Source: a virus (lineage: Duplodnaviria; Caudoviricetes). Taken from it: a stretch of 64,000 nt of DNA. Positions within the stretch are counted from its first letter, which is position 1. Every line of letters begins with the position of its first letter. Shown piece after piece: positions 44,885 through 54,238 of the stretch. A program made the translations under genes and the position numbers. Below the pieces are notes generated by a model that was not told the DNA's origin, did not search any database, and saw nothing but the letters and a program-made list of their open reading frames with translations. The DNA is taken from IMG/VR virus record IMGVR_UViG_3300005758_000087, positions 17,683 to 81,682 of that record; one strand, written 5' to 3'.

Positions 44885-45159
44885 TTTAAAGAAAATAATG
44901 TTGCATCTTTACTGTCTTCAAACGCAATCTGTGACCCCCCACATATTTTATATTTTCCTATACAGTTCTGCTTCAACCAATTATTATAATTTGATACTAT
45001 CATATTTGATGGGTTTGTAATATGCGACAATTTTATTCCAGTCCAATTGCTGCAATTAACTAACAACCAATATTCTACATCGTCATCTATGGCTCTAATC
45101 ATTTCATTAGCCATATCTTCTATTACTATATTAGCTAACGGTTCATGTTTATTATTCAT
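44875..45159 (-). CDS. Small aromatic alpha/beta domain family, member 4
   Basis: NWLKQNC..IAFEDSKDATLFSLKW. Confidence 0.75.
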   Translation of the reverse strand: MNNKHEPLANIVIEDMANEMIRAIDDDVEYWLLVNCSNWTGIKLSHITNPSNMIVSNYNNWLKQNCIGKYKICGGSQIAFEDSKDATLFSLKWL

Positions 45160-45388
45160 ATCTTAGAACAAACCAATTTCTATCTTGTGCTTTTTTAAAA
45201 TAAAACCCTGAATTATTCAAAAACCAATTATTTTTTTCAAAATTTGCAAGACACCAATTATACATGTTAACTTCATGAAAGATCGTATCGAGCCCGAATG
45301 GACGCCATTCAATTTGTGCCAAGTAGTATACTAATCCATTGATCTTAGTTTCTTCAGTTAGTATAACATATTCGAATCTATCACTCAT
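45152..45388 (-). CDS. Small aromatic alpha/beta domain family, member 5
   Basis: NWCLANF..W..FYFKKAQDRNWFVLRY. Confidence 0.75.
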   Translation of the reverse strand: MSDRFEYVILTEETKINGLVYYLAQIEWRPFGLDTIFHEVNMYNWCLANFEKNNWFLNNSGFYFKKAQDRNWFVLRYE

Positions 45389-45831
45389 GAAAATTTCAGA
45401 TTAAACCACATATAATCTTTATCGCTAACAAATGCAAAAACAACAATATCTTCTGCCCCAAAATCATTAATCAGCCATTGCTTACTAACCAACATGTCTT
45501 TATAATCTACTCTCTCGACTTCCATAACTCTATGAATGTCTGTCCTCCAAAAGTGCTTACAGTTTAAAATACACCAATTTTTTAAATTATCAAGCGCAAT
45601 ATCACAATTATCACAATTATCAAATTTATTGATTATAGTTCGAGCAGTGAAAATAACAGTATACGGATAAAGTTTATAAAATTCATGTATAGTATCAGCA
45701 TATCGATTAACTAAAATGTCGTTTTTTCTGTGATATTGGTACCAACTATTTACCCGTGCTTCTTTAAATAGAATTTTTCTAAAACTTAGTTTAAAATAAG
45801 CTTTGACTTTTCTGACAAGATTCATAGCCAC
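45385..45831 (-). CDS. Small aromatic alpha/beta domain family, member 6
   Basis: NWCILNC..W..FAFVSDKDYMWFNLKF. Confidence 0.75.
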   Translation of the reverse strand: MAMNLVRKVKAYFKLSFRKILFKEARVNSWYQYHRKNDILVNRYADTIHEFYKLYPYTVIFTARTIINKFDNCDNCDIALDNLKNWCILNCKHFWRTDIHRVMEVERVDYKDMLVSKQWLINDFGAEDIVVFAFVSDKDYMWFNLKFS

Positions 45832-46040
45832 CTAAGCGCAAATCTTATTGCATCTTCTTCATTTGAAAAGTAAAAATTCATAGCTTCCTCATGAAACTCA
45901 CAATAATATGTTCCATAACCAGGAAAACCAAATGTTTCTAAAGCCCAAATAGAAGCATTAGTCCATTGTGACGTATCATATGGTAACCGTACTTTAGTAC
46001 CCTGCTTGCTTGAGCGTGTCTTTAACTTCTCTTGTAACAT
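45822..46040 (-). CDS. Small aromatic alpha/beta domain family, member 7
   Basis: IWALETFG..FYFSNEEDAIRFALRW. Confidence 0.75.
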   Translation of the reverse strand: MLQEKLKTRSSKQGTKVRLPYDTSQWTNASIWALETFGFPGYGTYYCEFHEEAMNFYFSNEEDAIRFALRWL

Positions 46041-46692
46041 CTGGTTCTCTTTTAAATTTTAAAGCCCACAGTTCCGGATTAATATATTCAATAATCATCC
46101 TAACATGGTCTTGATTTAACTTATCTAAAAATTGAGTTCCACTGACACTTTGATATAGAATCCATGGGCTTATTTTTCCATTGGTAATAGCATAACATAT
46201 TTTATTGACATTCCCATATCTTAACATGTCTGAAAATTGTATATTTTCTGCTTCTGCCAGTTCTATGCAAGTTTGGACACTCCTAGAAATGGCATCAAAC
46301 GGATTCTCGTACCGTAAATACTCTATCAAAAACTTGTTATAATTGCTGTCAGATGTCCAATTATCAATCTTAATATTATCTCTTAATAACCACTCTACAT
46401 ATCTAGATACGTTGATCGCATTTATTTCTACACAGTAATTGCCAAACTTTACAAAAGCCAAATAATACGGTGAGTTTATAAAATCTTCATATGTTTTTAT
46501 TTTTTTAGATGCGGTATGTTTAGTGCAAAAATCCACAAAACTTTGAAAACCAATTTGATTACCTCGCTCGTCTTTACTGAGCCATCGACGTTTCTTTTCG
46601 CATAGATGTGTGAATAGTGATTTTTCTCGCAAAAAACTACGTTTACAAAACTCGCAAACATTTGTTGTGTTAGTTGCCGAGGCTTCTTTCAT
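45994..46692 (-). CDS. Zn-finger-containing hypothetical protein
   Basis: CEFCKRSF..LFTHLC; start moved to 46692. Confidence 0.7.
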   Translation of the reverse strand: MKEASATNTTNVCEFCKRSFLREKSLFTHLCEKKRRWLSKDERGNQIGFQSFVDFCTKHTASKKIKTYEDFINSPYYLAFVKFGNYCVEINAINVSRYVEWLLRDNIKIDNWTSDSNYNKFLIEYLRYENPFDAISRSVQTCIELAEAENIQFSDMLRYGNVNKICYAITNGKISPWILYQSVSGTQFLDKLNQDHVRMIIEYINPELWALKFKREPDVTREVKDTLKQAGY

Positions 46693-47260
46693 GTTGAACA
46701 ATATCATCATCAGTAATTAAATCTGCAAGAACTTCAATATCTGCGTACTTTAAATTGGGGAATTTTTCTGCCAAATATACTTTTTTATGTTGCAATTCTA
46801 CATACGCCTTTGAAATTTCATTTATATCTTCAGTAGATGCGTGAGAATATATTTTTGAAAAATAGTCTTTGACTTCTTTTTCTTTAGCCTTTTCTTTAAA
46901 TTTAGAAATTCTATCACTTAAATGAGGCACCCATTGATGAAATTGTTTTCCGAAATTAGGACTACTTGCACATAACATCAGCCATTGCAATTTAGGATGC
47001 TGCTGGACGAATTCGTTAAACAGATGTTTATTGCTATATGCATCTACACTACAAACATAATATTTTTGCATGTCTCCCCGAGCCTTTACCTGACTCATCC
47101 AATGAATCATCATATAAGGTACAAACTTTTTCTTTTGTTCTTCTGTGAGCGCATCGTACCAGTTATAATTTTTTTTGTCCATTGCTTCCATAGCCGAAAA
47201 TAAATCAAAATCAATATTTTCAAATTTTTCGTCTTTGGGTGTTTGTTTTTTTGCTGTCAT
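46670..47260 (-). CDS. Probable clamp loader small subunit (gp62-like)
   Basis: FVPYMMIHWMS..NKHLF..HPKLQWL..KQFHQW pattern. Confidence 0.55.
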   Translation of the reverse strand: MTAKKQTPKDEKFENIDFDLFSAMEAMDKKNYNWYDALTEEQKKKFVPYMMIHWMSQVKARGDMQKYYVCSVDAYSNKHLFNEFVQQHPKLQWLMLCASSPNFGKQFHQWVPHLSDRISKFKEKAKEKEVKDYFSKIYSHASTEDINEISKAYVELQHKKVYLAEKFPNLKYADIEVLADLITDDDIVQHERSLGN

Positions 47261-47761
47261 TTAAAATGCTTGTTTATAATCTACAATTTCACAGTTACGA
47301 CTTATTTCTTTGACAAAGTAAACGCAACGCGGTTTTTTACTGTCATCGATCGGTACGCATAGAAACTGTCCATTTTTTAGTCTAGGCGCGTACCAGGTAA
47401 CATCATGGTAGATATCTACGATTTCTACATCAATGAAACTAGGTCTAAACGAACTAAGTGGGTTAAATTCAAATGCTTTAAAACCTCTATCATTTATACT
47501 AGTTAAAGGTAATGTTTCCAAATCGCCTATTTCAGGTTCTCCGATAAGTATTTGCCAGTCCACTGGCATTTTTATTATTTTATTCGCAATCCTCAGAACT
47601 AATGCCGGGCTATTGAAGCTTTCTAGAAAGATTAAAGGTATATAGTGATAATCTACGTTTTGCGGATTACTGTTATCCAATATTGCAAATCGTAAATCAT
47701 CTACTTCTTCCGGCAGTGTTTCTAGATTGTAAAAAACATCATCAAGTGTTAGAATTCTCAT
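47261..47761 (-). CDS. Beta-rich hypothetical protein
   Basis: 166 aa directly downstream of uvsW. Confidence 0.75.
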   Translation of the reverse strand: MRILTLDDVFYNLETLPEEVDDLRFAILDNSNPQNVDYHYIPLIFLESFNSPALVLRIANKIIKMPVDWQILIGEPEIGDLETLPLTSINDRGFKAFEFNPLSSFRPSFIDVEIVDIYHDVTWYAPRLKNGQFLCVPIDDSKKPRCVYFVKEISRNCEIVDYKQAF

Positions 47762-47767
47762 ATTATA

Positions 47768-47796
47768 ATAATATCATTAAATCAGCGGTATGTCAA
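47768..47796 (-). promoter_or_regulatory. Sigma70-type promoter
   Basis: TTGACA-17-TATTAT overlapping the uvsW 3' end. Confidence 0.7.
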
Positions 47797-49239
47797 CTTT
47801 TCTACATCAAACGGGTATTGTGCTTCTTTATAAAATGTCTTGCGTTGTGTGAGGTGCCTTTTTGCAAATTTACAAGAACTGGTTATGTCCCAAATTTGGA
47901 CGAAATCTTTGTCTTCAGCTTTTCTGATACCTCGACCAATCGATTGTATAACCCGAACGAAGCTTTTTCCAGGCTCAATGAGTACAAGATTAAAGATACG
48001 GGGTATATTGATACCCACAGCAGCAACACCATAAGTCGCAACAGCAATCTTATCATTACTCGTTGCAAATTCATCATATTCTTCTTTTCTTTCTGTTAAT
48101 TTAGTTTCACCACTTACAAATACTGCACCGGGCAGTCTATCTATTAATTCTTTACCTGCATTAACTCTGTCAACCAATACTAATGTGTTTCCGGTTTCTT
48201 TAATGTTTAATATAAGTTGCGCGATAGTATCCAACCTAGTAGGATTTTCTAGCAAGTGCTTAAGTTCACTTTGGTAATTAGTAAATTCTACATCATCCTG
48301 TAGTTGAACAATGTTAACATGACAATTAGCGAGAACTCCCCTATCTTGCAGTTCACTTGCTGCTAGTTTATTGATTACGGGACCAATACTAACAAATAAT
48401 GATTGACTCGCAAATAATTCTTTAGGGATAGTTCCAGTTAGTCCCCAACGAATAGGCACGTGTGCGAATGTACTAGTAAGAATAGTTTTAAGAACATCTG
48501 CTTTGGCTTGATGCACTTCATCAATCATGATACATACAACATCTTTCATGAACTCTCCGAGCTTTACCCAAACTTCTAATTCTTCTTTATTCTTAATAAG
48601 GTTATTTAAACTTTGCCAAGTGCAAATCGTGTGTGTTCTACCCAATTCTTTTCTGTCCCCGAAGTACACACCTACATCAAGTCCAAGATTAATATAATCT
48701 GCTTCTGTTTGAACGACCAAAGATTTATTAGGAACAATAACAACACTTCTTCCGTATTTTTCTACACTATGGCTAAGTGCGGCTGTCATCAATGTTTTGC
48801 CTGCACCTGTTGCTACTTCTTGAATGCATTGAGGATTTTCTAGAAAACTGTTGACAATCTCAATTTGATAATCTCTAAGTTTAATTGACTGACCTGCTAT
48901 CGGATGACCTTTTGGCCAAACTTTATGTGCGAATGTGTCCTCGGACACTTGATCAAATTCAAACGAATGTGTGCTCTCACGTAAATCTTCTAGTTCAATA
49001 TCATAACCTGCGTGATCAATAACCGGAACTATTTTATCTAATAAGTTGATGTAAGTGCTACCACCCAAACTAAAATAGCTAACCTTACCGTTCCATCTTC
49101 CCAACTTCACCGATGGAAGATATCTAGCACCGGGAACTTCATATTCAAATAGTTTTAGTAAAGCTTTTCGTTCAGATAATTCTAACCCCTCTATCTTACA
49201 GTTAACTTCATCTTTTATAATTATTTTACAGGTTTTCAT
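47782..49239 (-). CDS. uvsW: UvsW SF2 DNA helicase
   Basis: LRDYQ; ATGAGKT; DEVH; GLTGT; GINIPRI; QSIGRGIR. Confidence 0.95.
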   Translation of the reverse strand: MKTCKIIIKDEVNCKIEGLELSERKALLKLFEYEVPGARYLPSVKLGRWNGKVSYFSLGGSTYINLLDKIVPVIDHAGYDIELEDLRESTHSFEFDQVSEDTFAHKVWPKGHPIAGQSIKLRDYQIEIVNSFLENPQCIQEVATGAGKTLMTAALSHSVEKYGRSVVIVPNKSLVVQTEADYINLGLDVGVYFGDRKELGRTHTICTWQSLNNLIKNKEELEVWVKLGEFMKDVVCIMIDEVHQAKADVLKTILTSTFAHVPIRWGLTGTIPKELFASQSLFVSIGPVINKLAASELQDRGVLANCHVNIVQLQDDVEFTNYQSELKHLLENPTRLDTIAQLILNIKETGNTLVLVDRVNAGKELIDRLPGAVFVSGETKLTERKEEYDEFATSNDKIAVATYGVAAVGINIPRIFNLVLIEPGKSFVRVIQSIGRGIRKAEDKDFVQIWDITSSCKFAKRHLTQRKTFYKEAQYPFDVEKLTYR

Positions 49240-50261
49240 TTTATGTTTATGGGAGAGCTATTTACTACGTTTAATGTTTTCGCAATAACAGGGGTTGTTT
49301 GAGAAAACATTTTGTCACTTATCCTAATAATATATTCTTTATGATTCAAATCTAGATATTCATTTGGTGCCAGTGTATTGCAAGTTATACCATTTAATAC
49401 TAGCTTATGTTTAAGGGTGTTAAAATAATCAACAGACTGGTTGGAATTAATTCCAAAAACTACCCTGTCAGGAAAAATAGAAATAATTTTGTCTATAATA
49501 GACATATCACCGTACTCTACTGTATATTTGTGATCTTTTGCAAAATCCACAAAATCACTATCATATTTTATCAGATATTCGTCTATAACAGATGCATCGA
49601 TGTTTATTCCATATCTTACTAATCTTGAAAGAGTAATTAGTTCACCATCAAACGTAATGTGATTGATTGCATTATTTAACGATTCATTGATGCCCTTAAT
49701 AAGGTATCTACCATTAAAGGTATATGTAGGATCCCAGTATCCATAATTAGCATAAGATTTTACCTCTGCAAGCATGGCTGATATTTTTTCGCAATAGTTT
49801 ATTTTTTGATAGTGTTTTTCTAATAAAGAAGTCACTGCCTTCAGTGTAAATGTATTTGCAGGTATTGACCAGTATTTTTCATCTTTGTGCCAAACTCCGT
49901 AAGTGCCCATTTTGTTGAATTCGCTTAGAAATTCTTTTTTGTATGGGCTACGCAAAATCATGCTATCATCGGTTAATGTTAAGTGTGCTTCCGTATATTC
50001 CGGAAGACTTGGTATAGGATCTTTTTCCCATGGCAAAGCGACCATGCGAGTCGCATCAATCTCTAACTTACTGAATTGCTTAAAATAACGTAGCACTATT
50101 TTATTCAACAAATCAGCCTGGTTAGTTGTCAGGGGCTTGCCTAACACCAAATTCAACAGTTGTAGATTATTCAAAAACTTTTTATCATATGTTCCCAAAC
50201 TAATATAACTAATCATAAAATGAATTAGTTGCTCTTTGGTCGAAGGTATTACTTTTAACAT
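49236..50261 (-). CDS. Hypothetical protein with possible HARP-like domain
   Basis: RSPYKKEF..WHKDEKYWSIP; start moved to ATG 50261. Confidence 0.65.
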   Translation of the reverse strand: MLKVIPSTKEQLIHFMISYISLGTYDKKFLNNLQLLNLVLGKPLTTNQADLLNKIVLRYFKQFSKLEIDATRMVALPWEKDPIPSLPEYTEAHLTLTDDSMILRSPYKKEFLSEFNKMGTYGVWHKDEKYWSIPANTFTLKAVTSLLEKHYQKINYCEKISAMLAEVKSYANYGYWDPTYTFNGRYLIKGINESLNNAINHITFDGELITLSRLVRYGINIDASVIDEYLIKYDSDFVDFAKDHKYTVEYGDMSIIDKIISIFPDRVVFGINSNQSVDYFNTLKHKLVLNGITCNTLAPNEYLDLNHKEYIIRISDKMFSQTTPVIAKTLNVVNSSPINIK

Positions 50262-50304
50262 AGTTGCATTATACAGTAAAACAGCGTGGATATTAAAACA
50301 TAAA

Positions 50305-50332
50305 GGTAAAAGGGACATACGTCCCTTTTACC
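50305..50332. terminator. Hairpin terminator
   Basis: GGTAAAAGGGAC-ATAC-GTCCCTTTTACC 12-bp stem. Confidence 0.7.
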
Positions 50333-50348
50333 ATATAAAACTATTTTA

Positions 50349-51371
50349 TTAGTGTGCCCTCATGCACGTACTCTCAGTTAGCATTTTCCAATTATTAGGA
50401 GAAATTTTAACCAAATCCGCAATCTTAAGACACATCCGCAGGCTAATTTCACGCAGACGGGCACGATTTTCCCACATGAAACTCATAATTTCTTCTGCTT
50501 CACCGTTGACGAAATTATAATCCTGAAAAAGATTGTTATCACGGTGAACCTGCTTAATGCGAAGCATTTTGTCCCTATCATTATTGATAGTGAGATCCAA
50601 ATAGTGGCAACGTGACTGCAATGCTTCTAGATGATCCTGCAATTTTTTAGACCTAAGATTTTCAAACTTAAGGTTTGTGATAAAAATTGCAGATCCCTGA
50701 AAATTAAAGCTATTAGGGATACCCTCGTCACGCAGTAGTCGAGAATCACTATTCCAACAAATTTTACGATTCTTACCTGAATCTAGTGCAGCCTTAAGAA
50801 TGTTCAGCGCCAAATCATCCATAAAAATAGAATCGCAGTCATCAAATACCAGTACATTTTTCTTGTCTGAATATTTGTATAGCTGGGCATACAAGCCCAA
50901 TGCTGTCATAGCACCCTTAACTACTTCATAACGAAGCCTTTTTCCAGCGATGCGGTCAAATGTGCTAGCCTTTTCCATTTGTCGTTCAACACCGTAACTT
51001 TTGCCTACGCCCGGCGGGCCAGAAACAATCATCGCCCTAATGTCGCCGGCGATACATGCACGAGACATTTCATCAAGTACTTCGAACCTAGTTGCGATTC
51101 TATTCATAGCCTGTTCATCTGTTTCTGTTTTTTGAACAGTCTCACCTTTATTTTCGGTCAATGCCATCCTGTCTCCGTTAACAAACTCAATTTGATCAAT
51201 ACTATCAACTTTAATTTTAATTTCATCAATGGCAACATCAAAATGTCCTTGATTTTTTACAGTAACATAGTTACCCTTTTTGCCTGTTTGAAATCCTTTG
51301 ACTAGAGTAAATGTTTGGTCGACAACCGGACGATTACGATAGGTACCAGAAATAATTTTAATAGCTGACAT
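50349..51371 (-). CDS. AAA+ ATPase
   Basis: GPPGVGKS Walker A; VFDDCD Walker B; LQSRC arginine finger. Confidence 0.9.
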   Translation of the reverse strand: MSAIKIISGTYRNRPVVDQTFTLVKGFQTGKKGNYVTVKNQGHFDVAIDEIKIKVDSIDQIEFVNGDRMALTENKGETVQKTETDEQAMNRIATRFEVLDEMSRACIAGDIRAMIVSGPPGVGKSYGVERQMEKASTFDRIAGKRLRYEVVKGAMTALGLYAQLYKYSDKKNVLVFDDCDSIFMDDLALNILKAALDSGKNRKICWNSDSRLLRDEGIPNSFNFQGSAIFITNLKFENLRSKKLQDHLEALQSRCHYLDLTINNDRDKMLRIKQVHRDNNLFQDYNFVNGEAEEIMSFMWENRARLREISLRMCLKIADLVKISPNNWKMLTESTCMRAH

Positions 51372-51401
51372 ACAAATCTCCTAAAGTTTCAATATGACCA
51401 T

Positions 51402-51430
51402 ATTATATACGATATTGATTTTTATGTCAA
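51402..51430 (-). promoter_or_regulatory. Sigma70-type early promoter
   Basis: TTGACA-17-TATAAT, perfect consensus. Confidence 0.9.
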
Positions 51431-52185
51431 GCCGGAACTAGCTTCCATTTATCTGTTGTCAAAAATGCAAAATTATCAAATTTTTTACTAAAAAAATCCC
51501 CACGTATTTCTAATTTACTAACATTGTCAAACATGTAATCAAACATATGAAGTAATGGGTTTCCAACTTCAAACTCTAGCATGAATGCGGTATTATCCGA
51601 ATCCTTAAACCAGTATTGAATTGTATGGTACTTACGCCTTGTTTTTTCAAATTTAGCAATAGGAGAAAAAAATTTGTTTTCATCAAAAATTTTAATATGT
51701 CCTACTCTCCAGTCACTATTTGATTGTACGCAAGACCTGACCTTATCTAGATTGATGTCATATTCATAGAGATTCGGCAAATAATATATCATACCCAAAT
51801 GTTCTTCTTTCACTACTTTGGACTCATTGAGAATAAAGCTAGCCAAATCTTTCCTAAACGGGGTCATTCTAGATTCGTCCATCAATGAAACTAGCATCAG
51901 CTTTTTGCTGTAATAGTTTTTTATTTCTGTAGACAATGCGCGATCGGAATCCGTTACCTTTTCTAAAAGTGTTCTGTCGGTCAGCCGAAGATAGGCGTTG
52001 TAACCCTCGCTGCGTAATCTTTTGCAGGCAATACTTAAAGCTAATACATCCTCAGCTAATTCGAATAACTGATATTGCTTATTTTTTGAATTAAAATCCA
52101 TACTCTTAAAAATATCAAATAGATTTGATTGATGGGTTGTGTTGGCAGCTAGGTTACTACTGCTTGAATTAGTGGTTAAAGTCAT
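51427..52185 (-). CDS. Hypothetical protein
   Basis: 252 aa, coupled to uvsY. Confidence 0.75.
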   Translation of the reverse strand: MTLTTNSSSSNLAANTTHQSNLFDIFKSMDFNSKNKQYQLFELAEDVLALSIACKRLRSEGYNAYLRLTDRTLLEKVTDSDRALSTEIKNYYSKKLMLVSLMDESRMTPFRKDLASFILNESKVVKEEHLGMIYYLPNLYEYDINLDKVRSCVQSNSDWRVGHIKIFDENKFFSPIAKFEKTRRKYHTIQYWFKDSDNTAFMLEFEVGNPLLHMFDYMFDNVSKLEIRGDFFSKKFDNFAFLTTDKWKLVPA

Positions 52186-52637
52186 ACTGAAATATCTTCC
52201 ATTCCTGCCGCTCGTAAGCGAACAACATGTCCTAACATAAAATTCTTACTATCTAAGCCTTTCATGACGCCCAGCCATCGATTTCTTAATAAAGCTACCT
52301 CGTTTATTAGTGTTTCAAAATCAATAACTTCCTGTTCTCCGTCTACGTACTTTTCAGCATCACGACTAGACAATGATCTATTATACGCCTCTAGGTATTT
52401 TTGAAAATGCTTTCGGCGAATTTTTCTTAACTGTATATTTAAAAAATTCAATACCGCTTCAATTTCTTGCAATTGGTTAAATCTATGTTCAGTAATTCCG
52501 GGAAGAGCCGAAATGTTTTTTTCTACGTTACCGAATATTCTTACATCATTTTTTGCAGAGGATAATTCCGCATCATAGTGACCAATAAAATCCGGTAACG
52601 CTGAAAGATCAGTAGTTACTTTGGTATACCAAGTCAT
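52182..52637 (-). CDS. uvsY: UvsY recombination mediator
   Basis: KYLEAYNRSLSSRDAEKYVDGE..KGLDSK.F.L..VRLR.AG; uvsX context. Confidence 0.88.
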   Translation of the reverse strand: MTWYTKVTTDLSALPDFIGHYDAELSSAKNDVRIFGNVEKNISALPGITEHRFNQLQEIEAVLNFLNIQLRKIRRKHFQKYLEAYNRSLSSRDAEKYVDGEQEVIDFETLINEVALLRNRWLGVMKGLDSKNFMLGHVVRLRAAGMEDISV

Positions 52638-52640
52638 TTA

Positions 52641-52883
52641 TTACCAATCATCTTCATCAGAATCTTCATAGTCTTCATAGTCTTCATCTTGGTCATGTTC
52701 CTCAATGTAGGCTTTTAAAGCATTGCGTATATCCTTATCATTAAACGAATTTTTAATTTCATCCGTTTCATAATTATTGTCAATTAATAAATTTACCAAA
52801 ACATCCGCTGCTTCTGAACGACTATTAAAATCAATATGGTCTCTCAATGCGTCCCATACCTCTGCTACTAGGTCTAAGCTCAT
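52641..52883 (-). CDS. Small acidic hypothetical protein
   Basis: 80 aa with D/E-rich tail. Confidence 0.7.
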   Translation of the reverse strand: MSLDLVAEVWDALRDHIDFNSRSEAADVLVNLLIDNNYETDEIKNSFNDKDIRNALKAYIEEHDQDEDYEDYEDSDEDDW

Positions 52884-53947
52884 TCTACATTCTCCTCTTC
52901 AGTAGTAACAGTACTTAGCTGATTCGCCCCCTTTTTCTGATATTCTGTCATAACTTTATCTAGGCAACCTTCTGAATTAGTTTCCCATCCCTTACGGAAA
53001 AGCTTGATAACTTCGCCCTCTTCGGTAGTATATGAAAGTCTATTACCTTCTTTTACTAACAAGTTTGCTTTCTCAAAAAGATCAAGCAATCCACTATAAG
53101 GGTTCATTCCAGTAGAATAAGGGATTTTAACCTGTACACTTTCAAAAGGTTTAGCATATCGTGTTTTCATAACCTTACAAGCAGAGCGAATACCTAAAAC
53201 TTCGCTTACCTTGTTACCGTCTTCGTCTTCTTTTAACTTAAGTTTTTTCATAGCAACAACAATGCTTGATGCGTAGATAAAACCTTGACCACCGCTAATT
53301 TTATCATCCGGATCAAACATATCCTGACTAGCATATGTGTGATTAGTTGCCACAAGTCCCACGTTATGGCTACCAAACATATTAACACAATTTCGAACCA
53401 ATGCAGTTAGTGCTTTGGGTTTACGACCCATATCACCCTTCATATCACCTGCTTCGAACTGATTAACGTCAGTTGGCGTTAACAGCATACCAAGTGAGTC
53501 GATAATAAACAACACCTTAGGTCGCTCACCGTCCGGCATAGCCCTATATCCTTTCATAAACTCACTAATAGTTTTAGCCACATCATCAATCATGGCCATA
53601 TTTAATTTTAGTAATTTATCTTCACTAGTATCAACTCCTAAATTATGAAGCCAATCTTCGTCAAGGGCGTTTTCACTATCAACGAGTACAACGAATATAC
53701 CTTGTTGCTGAGCATGCCTGACGAGATTTCCTGAACAAATATAGCTTTTTCCTGAACCGCTTTCACCAGCGAATACAGTAACTTTGCCAAGAGGCACGCC
53801 TTTGTGGAAATCACCGCTAATAAGATAATTAAGTGCGTAATTTCCTGTGCTAATCCAATCAGTAGGGTCATTAAATCCAATGCTCAATCCTTCAATGCTT
53901 TTTGTAATATCTTTTCTAAACTTTGCTACATCAAACGGCTTTACCAA
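52880..53947 (-). CDS. uvsX: RecA-like recombinase UvsX
   Basis: GESGSGKS; DSENA; IIDSLG; SGG.GF.YASS; start moved to TTG 53947 (SD GGAGA). Confidence 0.95.
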   Translation of the reverse strand: MVKPFDVAKFRKDITKSIEGLSIGFNDPTDWISTGNYALNYLISGDFHKGVPLGKVTVFAGESGSGKSYICSGNLVRHAQQQGIFVVLVDSENALDEDWLHNLGVDTSEDKLLKLNMAMIDDVAKTISEFMKGYRAMPDGERPKVLFIIDSLGMLLTPTDVNQFEAGDMKGDMGRKPKALTALVRNCVNMFGSHNVGLVATNHTYASQDMFDPDDKISGGQGFIYASSIVVAMKKLKLKEDEDGNKVSEVLGIRSACKVMKTRYAKPFESVQVKIPYSTGMNPYSGLLDLFEKANLLVKEGNRLSYTTEEGEVIKLFRKGWETNSEGCLDKVMTEYQKKGANQLSTVTTEEENVE

Positions 53948-54188
53948 TTTTATCTCCAATCTTAGATACGTTAGTAGTGTGAACTCCAAACGGTTGTTTG
54001 TCAAGTAACTCGGGGCATTTTTCAGCAATAATATCAATTTCCCAATCAAGTGGAAAATGTCTAAGTGCTGTTCTAGCCTTGTCTCTCACTGTGCTGGGAA
54101 CTCTGGGAGTTTTGCCTGGATCACATAATTCTTCTAACAATTTTTTACCTTGCTTGAGGGCACGGTATCTTTCATCACTTGTTGTCAT
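53931..54188 (-). CDS. Small conserved hypothetical protein (BPSL0761-like)
   Basis: MT..DERYRAL..TPRVP..VR..AR..LRHFP. Confidence 0.75.
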   Translation of the reverse strand: MTTSDERYRALKQGKKLLEELCDPGKTPRVPSTVRDKARTALRHFPLDWEIDIIAEKCPELLDKQPFGVHTTNVSKIGDKIGKAV

Positions 54189-54201
54189 TTTTATCTCCCG
54201 A

Positions 54202-54226
54202 AATGAGGACGAATCTCGTCCTCATT
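54202..54226. terminator. 11-bp hairpin after gp32
   Basis: AATGAGGACGA-ATC-TCGTCCTCATT; no clear U-tract. Confidence 0.5.
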
Positions 54227-54238
54227 GTGCCTTACATA

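Noticed and set aside
47261-47761. Stand-alone Hint/intein domain or split intein joining the DnaE halves
   Set aside because: Beta-rich, but has no N-terminal Cys/Ser, TxxH or terminal HN motifs, and the DnaE fragment carries no intein extension.
52880-54049. Extended 389-aa UvsX overlapping the upstream gene by 119 nt
   Set aside because: The extension is non-homologous; a TTG start at 53947 with SD GGAGA gives a normal-length protein.
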